Shown here piece after piece: positions 27,902 through 37,725 of a stretch of DNA of 49,611 nt. Below the pieces are notes generated by a model. That model was given only the letters and a program-made list of their open reading frames with translations. It had not been told where the DNA came from and made no database searches. The stretch's first letter is position 1. Each line of letters starts with the position of its first letter. This DNA comes from Desulfurella sp. (GTDB lineage: Bacteria; Campylobacterota_A; Desulfurellia; Desulfurellales; Desulfurellaceae), in assembly GCA_031960885.1 (NCBI GenBank), contig JAVRLY010000002.1, positions 1 to 49,611 of the forward strand, written 5' to 3'. The translations under genes were made by a program, and so were the position numbers.

Positions 27902-30462
27902 TTAGGGAAACATTTTTAGAGTATTTTGAAAAACTATCTCATAGAAGGGTGAAAAGTTCGTCTTTGGTGCCGCAAAATGACCCGACTTTACTATTTACAA
28001 ATGCAGGTATGGTGCAATTTAAAAATGTTTTTTTAGGAAACGAAAAAAGAGAATATAAACGTGCATGTTCTTCACAAAAATGCGTAAGAGCAGGTGGTAA
28101 GCATAACGATTTAGAAAATGTTGGCTATACTGCAAGACACCACACATTTTTTGAGATGCTAGGTAATTTTTCATTTGGCGATTACTTCAAGAAAGAGGCT
28201 ATACATTATGCGTGGGATTTAGTAACTAAGGTTTACGGCTTGGAGAAAGAACGATTATGGATAACCATTTATGAAGAAGATGATGAAGCCTTTGATATAT
28301 GGCACAAACAAGAGGGTGTTGATGCTTCCCGTATTGTTAGAATGGGTGCAAAAGACAATTTTTGGTCAATGGGCGATACAGGACCTTGCGGTCCATGTTC
28401 AGAAATACACATAGACCAAGGTGAAAATGTGGGATGCAAAAGACCAGAATGTTCTATTGAATGCGATTGTGATAGGTTTTTGGAAATATGGAACTTAGTT
28501 TTTATGCAATTTAATAGATCCAGTGATGGAAAACTTACACCGCTTCCAAAGCCCAGTATTGATACAGGCATGGGTTTAGAGCGCATAAGTGCAGTATTAG
28601 AAGGTGTTTATAGTAATTTTGATACGGATCTTTTTATGCCTATTATAAATGACATTTGCAATGCTTTTTCTATTGACTACAAAGAAAGTGAAAATACAGA
28701 TGTTGCCATAAGGGTCATAGCCGATCATTTAAGAGCAATGGATTTTTTAATATCAGATGGTGTTTTGCCAGATAAAGAAGGCAGAGGTTATGTACTGAGG
28801 AAAATCATAAGAAGGGCTATGAGATATGGTTCAAAATTAGGCACAAAAGAGCCATTTTTATATAAGCTAATTGATAGTGTTAATAAATCTTTAGGCGATA
28901 TATACCCAGAAGTTATTCAGAACGAAGCTTTCGTAAAAAATGTGGTTGAACAAGAAGAAAAACAATTTTTAACAACGCTTGAAGATGGTCTCAAAATGTT
29001 TGATAAGTTAGTTGATAGACAAGGAGGTGTATTAGACGGAGAAAAAGCCTTTAAATTGTACGATACGTATGGTTTTCCAATAGATTTAATGAACGATATA
29101 GCTAAAGAACAAAATATATTTGTAGATGTTGAAGGCTTTAACAAGCATTTGGAAGAGCAAAAACAACGATCAAAAGCTAGCTTTAGTATCAATATTGATT
29201 TAAAGGACAATTTAGCGTTATCGCTAAAGGACATTGAACAAACAAAGTTTGTAGGCTATGATGAGTTTGAAACACAAGGTGTATTGTTAGCTATTTTAGA
29301 TACAAATCTAGCCAATGTCAACTTGCTAACAAGTGGCAAAGCGTACCTTGTGTTTGATAAAACCCCATTTTATGCAACAAGTGGCGGTCAAGTTTCAGAT
29401 AGTGGCTACATTTATGATGACATATCAAAAGCTTATGTTGAGGATGTTTTTAAATACTTAGATAAGTATTTTATTCACAAAGTAAATATGTTGGAAGGTC
29501 AATTCTCTAAAGGCAACAAGTATACACTAAGTATTAATACTGCACGCAGAAAAGATACGGCCCGTCACCACAGCGCGGTTCACTTACTCAATGCTGCTTT
29601 AATAAAAAAGCTGGGCAATCATGTAAAACAAGCTGGGTCTTTGGTAGAGTATAATAGGTTAAGGTTTGACTTTACACACAACTCTAAATTAACTGATGAA
29701 GAGATTACTGATATAGAAATTGCTGTAAATACGTGGATTCAGGAAGCATATCCCGCAAAAACTACCATTATGAGTTTGGCAGATGCAATAAAAGATGGAG
29801 CTTTGGCTTTGTTTGGAGAAAAGTATGGTGATGTTGTTAGAGTTGTTGAGATGGGAAATGTAAGCAAAGAGTTGTGTGGTGGTACGCATGTTAAAAATAC
29901 TGGTGAAATAGGGTTTTTTAAAATTGTATCAGAAGAAGCACTATCTAAGGGTGTAAGAAGAATTGAAGCAAAAGTAGGTATGGCTGCATACGAGTATGTG
30001 AAGCAGCAAGAAAAAGCGTTAAATACAGTATTAAAAGAATTGTCTACTAATATTTTTGATTTGCCAAAAAAGATACAAGAATTAAAAACACCATTAAAGA
30101 AGACTAACCAGACTTTCAATTTTGAATTCAATCAAGCAAAGCTAAGAGTCATTAAAGGTTGCAATTTTTATATTGATTTTATTGAAGGCAATATAGAAGC
30201 ACTAAAAAAAGCATCAGATACAGTAAAAAGTATTGTTAAAGATACAGTTGTTGTATTATATGGAAAATTTGAAGAAAAGGTTTATATTGTATGTATGATA
30301 AGTGGAAATTGCAAAGATTATTTTAAAGCAAATAGTATTATCAAGAAAATTTGCGATGCACTTGGGGCAAAAGGTGGTGGCAAGGAGCTTTACGCGCAAG
30401 CTGGAATGGATTTAAGCAATTTTAAGGAAGATAAAATTTTTGATGAGTCTTTGTATACGTAA
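27886..30462 (+). CDS. alaS: Alanine--tRNA ligase
   Basis: DPTLLFTNAGM, HHTFFEMLGNFS, DTGMGLER, HSAVH, ELCGGTH, GGG..AQAG. Confidence 0.98.
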   Translation: MDSKMIRETFLEYFEKLSHRRVKSSSLVPQNDPTLLFTNAGMVQFKNVFLGNEKREYKRACSSQKCVRAGGKHNDLENVGYTARHHTFFEMLGNFSFGDYFKKEAIHYAWDLVTKVYGLEKERLWITIYEEDDEAFDIWHKQEGVDASRIVRMGAKDNFWSMGDTGPCGPCSEIHIDQGENVGCKRPECSIECDCDRFLEIWNLVFMQFNRSSDGKLTPLPKPSIDTGMGLERISAVLEGVYSNFDTDLFMPIINDICNAFSIDYKESENTDVAIRVIADHLRAMDFLISDGVLPDKEGRGYVLRKIIRRAMRYGSKLGTKEPFLYKLIDSVNKSLGDIYPEVIQNEAFVKNVVEQEEKQFLTTLEDGLKMFDKLVDRQGGVLDGEKAFKLYDTYGFPIDLMNDIAKEQNIFVDVEGFNKHLEEQKQRSKASFSINIDLKDNLALSLKDIEQTKFVGYDEFETQGVLLAILDTNLANVNLLTSGKAYLVFDKTPFYATSGGQVSDSGYIYDDISKAYVEDVFKYLDKYFIHKVNMLEGQFSKGNKYTLSINTARRKDTARHHSAVHLLNAALIKKLGNHVKQAGSLVEYNRLRFDFTHNSKLTDEEITDIEIAVNTWIQEAYPAKTTIMSLADAIKDGALALFGEKYGDVVRVVEMGNVSKELCGGTHVKNTGEIGFFKIVSEEALSKGVRRIEAKVGMAAYEYVKQQEKALNTVLKELSTNIFDLPKKIQELKTPLKKTNQTFNFEFNQAKLRVIKGCNFYIDFIEGNIEALKKASDTVKSIVKDTVVVLYGKFEEKVYIVCMISGNCKDYFKANSIIKKICDALGAKGGGKELYAQAGMDLSNFKEDKIFDESLYT

Positions 30463-30472
30463 GGAGGGTGTA

Positions 30473-30733
30473 ATGTTAAAAGATTTATTTTATGCAAGTG
30501 TGGGGCTTGCTTACAATATAAGTCAGAAAATTTCAAAAACCATTGAAGATGGTAAAAGTATTTTAAAAGAGAAAAATATGGGTGAATATATTAGCTCTGA
30601 GGTTACAAAAAAGAAAGAAGATATAGATAAAGTAATTTCTAATTCATTGAATGAATTTTTCTCAAAAATTGGTATAGCCACAAAAGAAGATATTGAAAAA
30701 TTAAAAGAAGAGCTTAAAAACTTTCAAAAATGA
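30473..30733 (+). CDS. Small phasin-like coiled-coil protein (86 aa)
   Basis: MLKDLFYASVG...IGIATKEDIEKL pattern; ATG 30473 with SD AAGGAGG. Confidence 0.6.
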   Translation: MLKDLFYASVGLAYNISQKISKTIEDGKSILKEKNMGEYISSEVTKKKEDIDKVISNSLNEFFSKIGIATKEDIEKLKEELKNFQK

Positions 30734-31521
30734 TTAGAAAAGAAGCTGTTGCTGGGTATTTTTATCCAGGTTCAAAAAATGAGCTTACAAAATACCTTCA
30801 AAGTGTTATTGATTATAAGCCAGCATTTAAACCAAAAGCTATAATAGTTCCGCATGCTGGTTATGCGTATAGTGGCTATGTTGCTGCAAAAGCCTATAGT
30901 GTTATTGAGCCTTACGAAACTTATGTTATTTTAGGCCCAAATCATACAGGTTTGGGTGAAGCCATATCCATTTTTGACGGCATATATCAAACACCATTGG
31001 GCACAGTAGAACCGTGCCCATCTGTAATTGATGAACTTGTAGATGCATCTTATGCAAAGCGAGATTATTTAGCTCATGCTAAAGAACATAGCATCGAAGT
31101 TCAGTTGCCATTCATTCAATTTACTAATAAATCCTCATTTTGTATTGTTCCTATTGTGGTTGGCACAATGAATATTTCTGTACTTACAGATTTTGGCAAC
31201 CATCTTGCAAATGTTTTAAAGTCAAAAAATGCTTTGATTGTAGTAAGCAGTGATTTTAACCATTATGAAGACCATGATACAACGATATACAAGGATAATT
31301 TGGCAATCGAAAAGATTATTTCTCTTTCTCCAAATGAATTTATAGAAACGATTGATAAAAACGACATTTCTATGTGTGGGGCTAACATTGCCTATATAGC
31401 TTTAATAGCTTCGTTGAAATTGAATGCTAGTAAGGCAATTTTGCTTGAACACAAAACAAGTTTTGATGTTAATGGAGTAAAAGAACAGACAGTAGGTTAT
31501 GCTTCCATCATTATTCAATGA
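30730..31521 (+). CDS. amrB: AmmeMemoRadiSam system protein B (MEMO1 family)
   Basis: AVAGYFYP, PHAGYAYSG, GPNHTG, EHSIEVQLPF, SSDFNHY, MCG, VGY. Confidence 0.92.
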   Translation: MIRKEAVAGYFYPGSKNELTKYLQSVIDYKPAFKPKAIIVPHAGYAYSGYVAAKAYSVIEPYETYVILGPNHTGLGEAISIFDGIYQTPLGTVEPCPSVIDELVDASYAKRDYLAHAKEHSIEVQLPFIQFTNKSSFCIVPIVVGTMNISVLTDFGNHLANVLKSKNALIVVSSDFNHYEDHDTTIYKDNLAIEKIISLSPNEFIETIDKNDISMCGANIAYIALIASLKLNASKAILLEHKTSFDVNGVKEQTVGYASIIIQ

Positions 31522-32951
31522 AGTCTAAAGTATTAAAAGCCCTGCATGATTATCCATTTGCCTTTATCCTAAGTGGTATTTTGAGTGCTTATTTTTTAAT
31601 TGAAAAAAGCCCACTATTATTTTTTAGTTTAGCAGTATTTGGTTTTGCAATTTTTAGATTAAAACTTATTTTATTAAGCGTAGCTTTAATTGTTCTTGTT
31701 ATAATATTGCACAAAAGCCAACCAGTACAAGAAAATTTTGAGCAAGATAGTGAGTTTATAGGAAAAATAATATCCGTCAAAGAACATGATAGGTTTTTAA
31801 GTGTTATTGCAGAAAGCGAAAGCTCGAGAAAAGTTTTTTTATATGTGCCAAAAAAGTACAAAATCAATGATAGTGGTCGCTATCAATTTTTTGCTAAAAT
31901 AAAAAGCATAGAGAAATTAAAAGATGCTGAGATGATAGATTATTTAAAAAGCAAACATGTTTATTATTTTGGGTTTGCATATTTTGCTAAGTGTATATCC
32001 ACAGGCGGCATCTTGGATAATTTTAGAAGAAAAATTATAAACGAAAATTACTATTTTTTAAAAGATCCTCATGATAGGTTAATTGAGTCTGCGGTATTTG
32101 GTGATACAAAACGTATTTCTCCTATTATAAATTTATTTAAAAAAACACAAACGATACATATCTTGAGTGTATCTGGCGTGCATATGAGTTTTGCTTTTTC
32201 TATTTTTTACATTTTGTTTTTTAAGCTGTTTTCTAATATAAAGTTTTTTTACAGTAGATACAATCTCAAGGTTTTAGCTTCAATTTTTGGTATATTGTCA
32301 ACATTGATATATTTTAATATCAGTGGTCTTGAGATACCGGCTGTGCGGTCTTTTATTATGGCGCTATTGTTTGTTTTCTCAATTATTTTTGGGTGGCAAA
32401 AGAATGCATACAATATACTTTTTTTTGTTGCAACAGTGTTTTTTATACTGTATGGTTTTGATGTTTTCAGCGATATTTCGTTTGTTTTATCTTTTGTTAT
32501 GACGTTTTTTGCGATTTATTTTGCCAATGTAGTTATGCGTTTAAAGCTTAAAAAAATATGGGCTTTTTTTATATTTGCTTTATGTATGAGTTTGTTTTCT
32601 ATACCTCTTTCCTTGTACTATTTTGGCTATATTTCATCAACAAGTTTTATTTCAAACTTAATATTGGACCCATACTTTGGTTTATTAATTATGCCAATGT
32701 CATTTTTAAGCATCGTTTTTACATTTCTGCCATATTACATTAAATGGCCATTTTTTGCGCTGTTTGACTTTGTTATAAAAATATACTTTTATATACTAAC
32801 GTTTTTAAGCAATGCAGCAAAAATTATTTACATAGATTTTACAAGCCAAATAGGCGTTGTTGCGATATATCTTGTGGGTATAGGCTTCGTTGAATTTTTG
32901 ATATATAAACTTACTGTTTCATCTTTTTCAAAAGCAAGTCTTTCTCTATAG
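31518..32951 (+). CDS. comEC: ComEC/Rec2 competence membrane protein without a C-terminal MBL domain
   Basis: HILSVSGVH, PAVRSFIM, SFVLSF, PLSLYYFG...SNL; many TM segments. Confidence 0.85.
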   Translation: MKSKVLKALHDYPFAFILSGILSAYFLIEKSPLLFFSLAVFGFAIFRLKLILLSVALIVLVIILHKSQPVQENFEQDSEFIGKIISVKEHDRFLSVIAESESSRKVFLYVPKKYKINDSGRYQFFAKIKSIEKLKDAEMIDYLKSKHVYYFGFAYFAKCISTGGILDNFRRKIINENYYFLKDPHDRLIESAVFGDTKRISPIINLFKKTQTIHILSVSGVHMSFAFSIFYILFFKLFSNIKFFYSRYNLKVLASIFGILSTLIYFNISGLEIPAVRSFIMALLFVFSIIFGWQKNAYNILFFVATVFFILYGFDVFSDISFVLSFVMTFFAIYFANVVMRLKLKKIWAFFIFALCMSLFSIPLSLYYFGYISSTSFISNLILDPYFGLLIMPMSFLSIVFTFLPYYIKWPFFALFDFVIKIYFYILTFLSNAAKIIYIDFTSQIGVVAIYLVGIGFVEFLIYKLTVSSFSKASLSL

Positions 32952-33681
32952 CAAAATAATTATCATTGTTGCTTATTTTAGATAGCGAATCTTTAGCTTG
33001 TTCAAACAACCCCAAATGGTAGTAGCACAAAGCTTTTATGTAGTGTATGTAATCAGATGGCCCAAGATAATTTTCCATGCTTTGAACTGCAATAAGGGCT
33101 TTTTGATAATTTTTTTCACTAAAGTACACTTCTATTAGTTTTTGCCAATATAGGGCATTTTTATAATCAGAGTACATAATGGCACTTTCTAAATCATTGA
33201 TGGCCTTTTGTGTTTCTTTCAATGTTAAGAATAAAATAGCACGGTTATAGTATGCTACATCAATATTATGGTACGTTAGTGTATTGATTAGTTTATCAAA
33301 TATGTCTTTTGCTTGTGCATATTTACCTTCATCATAATATATTACACCCAATTCATTATATGCATCATAATAGTCTTTATCTAGACTGATAGTTTTTTCT
33401 AAATATTTCATGGCCTCATTATTATCTTTTTTTAGTTTGTATGCAAGCGCGTATACGAAATAAATGTTAGGGTTTGATGGTTCTAGTTCTTTGGCTTTTT
33501 CTAAGTAAGAAAAGGCTTCAGGAAGTTTTGAATAATCTTTATTTACAACAATATTTTTTGCCATATCGCAGTATATTTGAGCCATTTTGTCAGGAGAATT
33601 TTTAGAATTATTTGTTTGAACGGTTGCGCAAGATGATATAAAAAACATTGCTAAAGTAAGTAAAAATACAATTTTTTTCAT
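32911..33681 (-). CDS. TPR-repeat lipoprotein (PilF/PilW/Tgl pilotin-like)
   Basis: Lipobox ISSC after a hydrophobic signal; TPR motifs AYNELGVIY, AYYNRA; LTY...AYYN pattern. Confidence 0.7.
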   Translation of the reverse strand: MKKIVFLLTLAMFFISSCATVQTNNSKNSPDKMAQIYCDMAKNIVVNKDYSKLPEAFSYLEKAKELEPSNPNIYFVYALAYKLKKDNNEAMKYLEKTISLDKDYYDAYNELGVIYYDEGKYAQAKDIFDKLINTLTYHNIDVAYYNRAILFLTLKETQKAINDLESAIMYSDYKNALYWQKLIEVYFSEKNYQKALIAVQSMENYLGPSDYIHYIKALCYYHLGLFEQAKDSLSKISNNDNYFAIEKDLLLKKMKQ

Positions 33682-33688
33682 ATTTCAA

Positions 33689-33722
33689 TTGTAAATTATA
33701 GCCAAATTGTGTATAATTGCAA
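33689..33722. promoter_or_regulatory. Overlapping divergent sigma70 promoters (TPR lipoprotein / HDOD operon)
   Basis: Plus: TTGTAA (33689-33694), 17 nt, TATAAT (33712-33717). Minus: TTGCAA (33722-33717), 16 nt, TATAAT (33700-33695). Confidence 0.55.
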
Positions 33723-33753
33723 GCGCAAGATAGATTTTTAAGAGTGGTTTATT

Positions 33754-34608
33754 ATGATTTTAGAACAAGAAAAAAAGTTTTTTATACAAGATATGATAGA
33801 AGAAGTTCGTTTGGAGGCTTTTCCTCAAGCTGCAAACCAAATATTAAAACTTTTAAATGATGAGAATGTTAGTATTTTTAATTTATCAAAAGTGGCTTCT
33901 CACGATACATATATTGCAGCAACTTTAATTAGGTTAGCTAACTCTCCTTTTTATGGTGTAAAAAACAAAATTACAGACCTTATGCATGCAATATCAATTA
34001 TTGGGCTTGATAGCGTAAAGAGATTGATTTTAACTATTAGCGCAAGATCAATATTTAAAGATTACGATGTCTTTGATAAGTTTTTATGGGAACATATGAT
34101 TGCTGTTGCGATAATTTCTCAAACAATAAGTTTTAAATTTAATTTGTTTAATGAAAATATAAGCTATGTAGGAGGTTTATTGCATGACATTGGCAAAACT
34201 GTCATGTATAAAAGCAAACAAATACACTATAAGTCTATAGTAGAAAAGGTAAATTCAAGCACGAATATGCTTAGCATAAATGCTGAAACTGATGTTTATG
34301 GATTTAATCATTGTGATGTGGCAAAAGAAATATTAAATTTATGGAATTTTGATAGCTTGATAGTTGAAGCGGTTTATCTACATCATGATAAAACGTTTAC
34401 TGAAGGTAATTTAGGAAAATTGGCTGCCATAATAAATTTTTCTGATTATGTAGCAAACTGGCTTTCTATCGGGAGAGTAAAGCCTTATCGTGAAACACCT
34501 TTGCAAAATTTAGAGTCATTTAATTACTTACAAATTCCTATTAACGATATTGAGGCTTTTTTGCAAGAAATTTTAAAAAGGATAGATCTTTTAAGAGATA
34601 TTTTTTAA
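33754..34608 (+). CDS. Stand-alone HDOD-domain protein
   Basis: LIRLANSPFYG, LWEH, GLLHDIGK, YGFNH, WNF...HH. Confidence 0.9.
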   Translation: MILEQEKKFFIQDMIEEVRLEAFPQAANQILKLLNDENVSIFNLSKVASHDTYIAATLIRLANSPFYGVKNKITDLMHAISIIGLDSVKRLILTISARSIFKDYDVFDKFLWEHMIAVAIISQTISFKFNLFNENISYVGGLLHDIGKTVMYKSKQIHYKSIVEKVNSSTNMLSINAETDVYGFNHCDVAKEILNLWNFDSLIVEAVYLHHDKTFTEGNLGKLAAIINFSDYVANWLSIGRVKPYRETPLQNLESFNYLQIPINDIEAFLQEILKRIDLLRDIF

Positions 34609-34618
34609 GGAGGTTTCT

Positions 34619-35086
34619 ATGAAAACGAACCTTTACACGCAAAGAAACGAAAGGCTTTATTTAAAGAACAAAAAATATAAAGAACCTACTGTTTGCAAGG
34701 TATGTGGATTGGTGTTTATTGATGGTATTTGGAAAAAAACCGAGATACCAAAAGGCGAATACTTTGAAGATATATGCCCTGCATGTAAGAGGATAAAAGA
34801 TAACTATTATGGTGGTATACTGAATTTAAAAAGTGACCTTATTAAGACAAAAAAAGACGAGATGATAAATCTTATGAAAAATAAAGAAAAAGAGAGCGAA
34901 AACATTAACCCCTTAAGAAAAATAGGAAAAATTGAACAAATTAGCGACAATGAAATGAATGTTTATACTACGTTTGAACATTTAGCTGTTGCTATTGGCA
35001 AAGCTATGCAAAGAGCATTTAAAGGCGATTTGGAGATTAAATACAAAGAAAATGACAAAGTAGCAAGGGTTTATTGGACTAAATGA
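34619..35086 (+). CDS. BCAM0308-family / NMD3-like zinc-binding protein
   Basis: EPTVCKVCG...W...CPACKRIKD..GG, NPL.KI, TTFEHLA.AIG, VYW. Confidence 0.75.
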   Translation: MKTNLYTQRNERLYLKNKKYKEPTVCKVCGLVFIDGIWKKTEIPKGEYFEDICPACKRIKDNYYGGILNLKSDLIKTKKDEMINLMKNKEKESENINPLRKIGKIEQISDNEMNVYTTFEHLAVAIGKAMQRAFKGDLEIKYKENDKVARVYWTK

Positions 35087-35970
35087 AAATTTTAATAACA
35101 GGTGCAAGTGGGTTTTTAGGAAAAAATCTTATTAATTACTTAAGTTCTAAGCACGATATTTGCGGTTTTTCTCGAAGAAAACTTGAGGGTATAGATTATT
35201 TTCAAGGCGATATATCAAATATTAATGATTTAGAAAAGGCTATTTATACAAAAAAAACAGATGCAATAATACATCTTGCGGGTGCAATAAAAGGTTCTAA
35301 AGAAACATTTTACACAACAAATGTGATTGGAGCAAAAAACTTAAGTTACTTAGCCGCAAAGTATAAAATAAAAAAAATTGTTTACGTGAGTTCACTTGCT
35401 GCTTTTGGTCCATTAGAAAAACAAGAACCCGTATCTTATTATGGTTACACAAAAAGGGTTGCTGAAATAGAATTACTCAAAAATGCGCATGTATACAATC
35501 TAACTATATTGAGACCACCGATTATTTATGGCCCAAACGAGCAAGAAGTGTACAAAATTATCAAATTTGCTAATATTACTGGCTTGTTTTTAGCAATTGA
35601 TAATATGCGTTTGAGTTTTATATATGTTGAAGACTTAGTAAAGGTTATTGAAGCAGCGCTTACAGAACAAACACCTAAAGTATATACTGTATGTGAAAAT
35701 AACTTTTACGATTTTTTTGAAGTAGCAAAAATTATCGCTCATCACTTAGGAAAGCGCTTGAAGGTAATTACTATTCCAAAAGCATTTTTGCAATCTGTGA
35801 ATTTAGGCTTTAAAATAAGCGGTATATTTTTTGATAAAATAAATGAGATCAATGCATATTCGTGGGTATGCAAAAACAATTATCCCACTACAAGTTTTGA
35901 AATAAAAAACGATTTATTTAGTGGTATGTATAAAACAATAAGGTGGTATAGAGAAAATGGATGGTTATAG
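35083..35970 (+). CDS. NAD-dependent epimerase/dehydratase (extended SDR)
   Basis: TGASGFLG, HLAG, VSSLAA, YGYTK, RPPIIYGP. Confidence 0.9.
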   Translation: MKILITGASGFLGKNLINYLSSKHDICGFSRRKLEGIDYFQGDISNINDLEKAIYTKKTDAIIHLAGAIKGSKETFYTTNVIGAKNLSYLAAKYKIKKIVYVSSLAAFGPLEKQEPVSYYGYTKRVAEIELLKNAHVYNLTILRPPIIYGPNEQEVYKIIKFANITGLFLAIDNMRLSFIYVEDLVKVIEAALTEQTPKVYTVCENNFYDFFEVAKIIAHHLGKRLKVITIPKAFLQSVNLGFKISGIFFDKINEINAYSWVCKNNYPTTSFEIKNDLFSGMYKTIRWYRENGWL

Positions 35971-36970
35971 CCCTTTTATTTTCAATGATAATGATGAGTT
36001 TCGTGTCATTGATCAGAGGTTTTTGCCAAAATTGTGCGAAGTTAAATTAAACAATATAGATGATACGTGTCAAGCAATTAAAAACATGGTTGTTAGAGGT
36101 GCTCCACTTATTGGTATTGTAGCTGCTTTTGGATATTATCTTGCAATAAAAAATGCAACAAGCATTGAAGAACTCCATTTATTATCCGAACATGCTTATT
36201 CTTGTCTTATCGCTCAAAGACCCACAGCAGTTAATCTAAAATGGGCTATTGATAGCCAAAAGCGTGTTATTGAAGAAAATGCGTTTTTACCTGTTGAAAA
36301 AATTATTAAGAAGGTTAGGGCAAATGCATTTGGTATATATGAAAACCAAAAACAATGTGATGAGCAGATTGCAAGACATGCTACCCACTTGTTTGATAAA
36401 AGGTTGCGTATTTTAACACATTGCAATACAGGTAGTTTTGCTACAGGTGGTATTGGTACAGCGCTTGGAATTATCAAATATGCTGCAAAAATGGATTTAG
36501 TGGATGAAGTGTATGTTGACGAAACCAGACCATATCTACAAGGAAGCAGAATTACGGCTTTTGAGTTATCAAATGAACGTATTGAGTACAAAATTGTAAC
36601 GGATAATACATGCGGTATTTTAATGATGAAAAATATGATTGATTGCGTAATAGTAGGCGCAGATAGAATAGCAAAAAATGGTGATGTAGCAAACAAAGTA
36701 GGAACGTATTGCTTGGCGCAAATGGCAAAAGCTCATAATGTAAAGTTTTATGTAGCAGCGCCAGAATCTACTATTGACAGAACACTTGACGATTTAAACA
36801 GTGTTGAAATAGAGGTTAGAGATTCTAACGAGGTATTGAGTTTTAATGGAATTGATATAGCCCCAAAAGGCGCAAGGGCAATGTATTTTGCATTTGATAT
36901 TACGCCAAACAAGCTTATAGATGCTATTATTACAGAAAAAGGAATAATGCTTCCACCGTTTGAATTATGA
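35957..36970 (+). CDS. mtnA: S-methyl-5-thioribose-1-phosphate isomerase
   Basis: VRGAPLIG, RPTAVNL, THCNTG, ETRPYLQG.R.TA.EL, GADRIA.NGD.ANK.GT, FDITP. Confidence 0.95.
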   Translation: MDGYSPFIFNDNDEFRVIDQRFLPKLCEVKLNNIDDTCQAIKNMVVRGAPLIGIVAAFGYYLAIKNATSIEELHLLSEHAYSCLIAQRPTAVNLKWAIDSQKRVIEENAFLPVEKIIKKVRANAFGIYENQKQCDEQIARHATHLFDKRLRILTHCNTGSFATGGIGTALGIIKYAAKMDLVDEVYVDETRPYLQGSRITAFELSNERIEYKIVTDNTCGILMMKNMIDCVIVGADRIAKNGDVANKVGTYCLAQMAKAHNVKFYVAAPESTIDRTLDDLNSVEIEVRDSNEVLSFNGIDIAPKGARAMYFAFDITPNKLIDAIITEKGIMLPPFEL

Positions 36971-37725
36971 GCTATACTATTATTGAAAATATTAACAATA
37001 TTGTTGTTTTAACATTAAATAGGTATCAAAAAAGAAACGCTATAAATTTAGAATTTGCAGATGAATTAAACGATGCTATATTAAATATTAAAAAAATGGA
37101 TAGTGTTAGAGCTTTGCTTGTTAAATCTAGTGGTAGTGTGTTTTGCTCTGGTGGCGATATCGATTACTTTGCGACATTGGATTCGAAAGAAAAAGCTCAA
37201 AGCATGGCTTATAAGATGCATAGTTTGTTAAATGAGATAGAAAGTTTAGAAATACCAACTATTGCTTGTATAAATGGGAGCGCACTAGGTGGGGGCGCTG
37301 AGTTTATTTTAGCCTTTGATGTAAGGTTTTTATCAAGCGATTGTTTTATACAGTTTAAAGAAACACAAATGGGTGTTACGACTGGTTGGGGCGGTACATT
37401 TAGGCTTTTAAATCTTGTAGGTAAAAGCAAAGCCTTAGAGTTACTGCTTAGTGCAAAACCTGTATATGCGCAAGAAGCTTTTAATATTGGTTTGATAAAC
37501 AATTATTTTGATAAAGAAATTATTTACGATGAAGCTTTAAAATTTTGCAAGAGTTTTTCACAAGAAGATGTAAAGCTTATTAAATCCATAAAATTGCTTC
37601 TTAGGCGCTCTATTGGTTTAAATCGCAATGAAGCTATGGCGCTAGAAAGAGATATTTTTTCAGACACTTGGATGCTACATAAAAGACAAATTATAATGGA
37701 AAAATTCTTAAAGAGGAAAAAATGA
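36967..37725 (+). CDS. Enoyl-CoA hydratase/isomerase (crotonase) family protein
   Basis: KRNAI, FCSGGD, GSALGGGAE, E.QMG...GWGG. Confidence 0.9.
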   Translation: MSYTIIENINNIVVLTLNRYQKRNAINLEFADELNDAILNIKKMDSVRALLVKSSGSVFCSGGDIDYFATLDSKEKAQSMAYKMHSLLNEIESLEIPTIACINGSALGGGAEFILAFDVRFLSSDCFIQFKETQMGVTTGWGGTFRLLNLVGKSKALELLLSAKPVYAQEAFNIGLINNYFDKEIIYDEALKFCKSFSQEDVKLIKSIKLLLRRSIGLNRNEAMALERDIFSDTWMLHKRQIIMEKFLKRKK

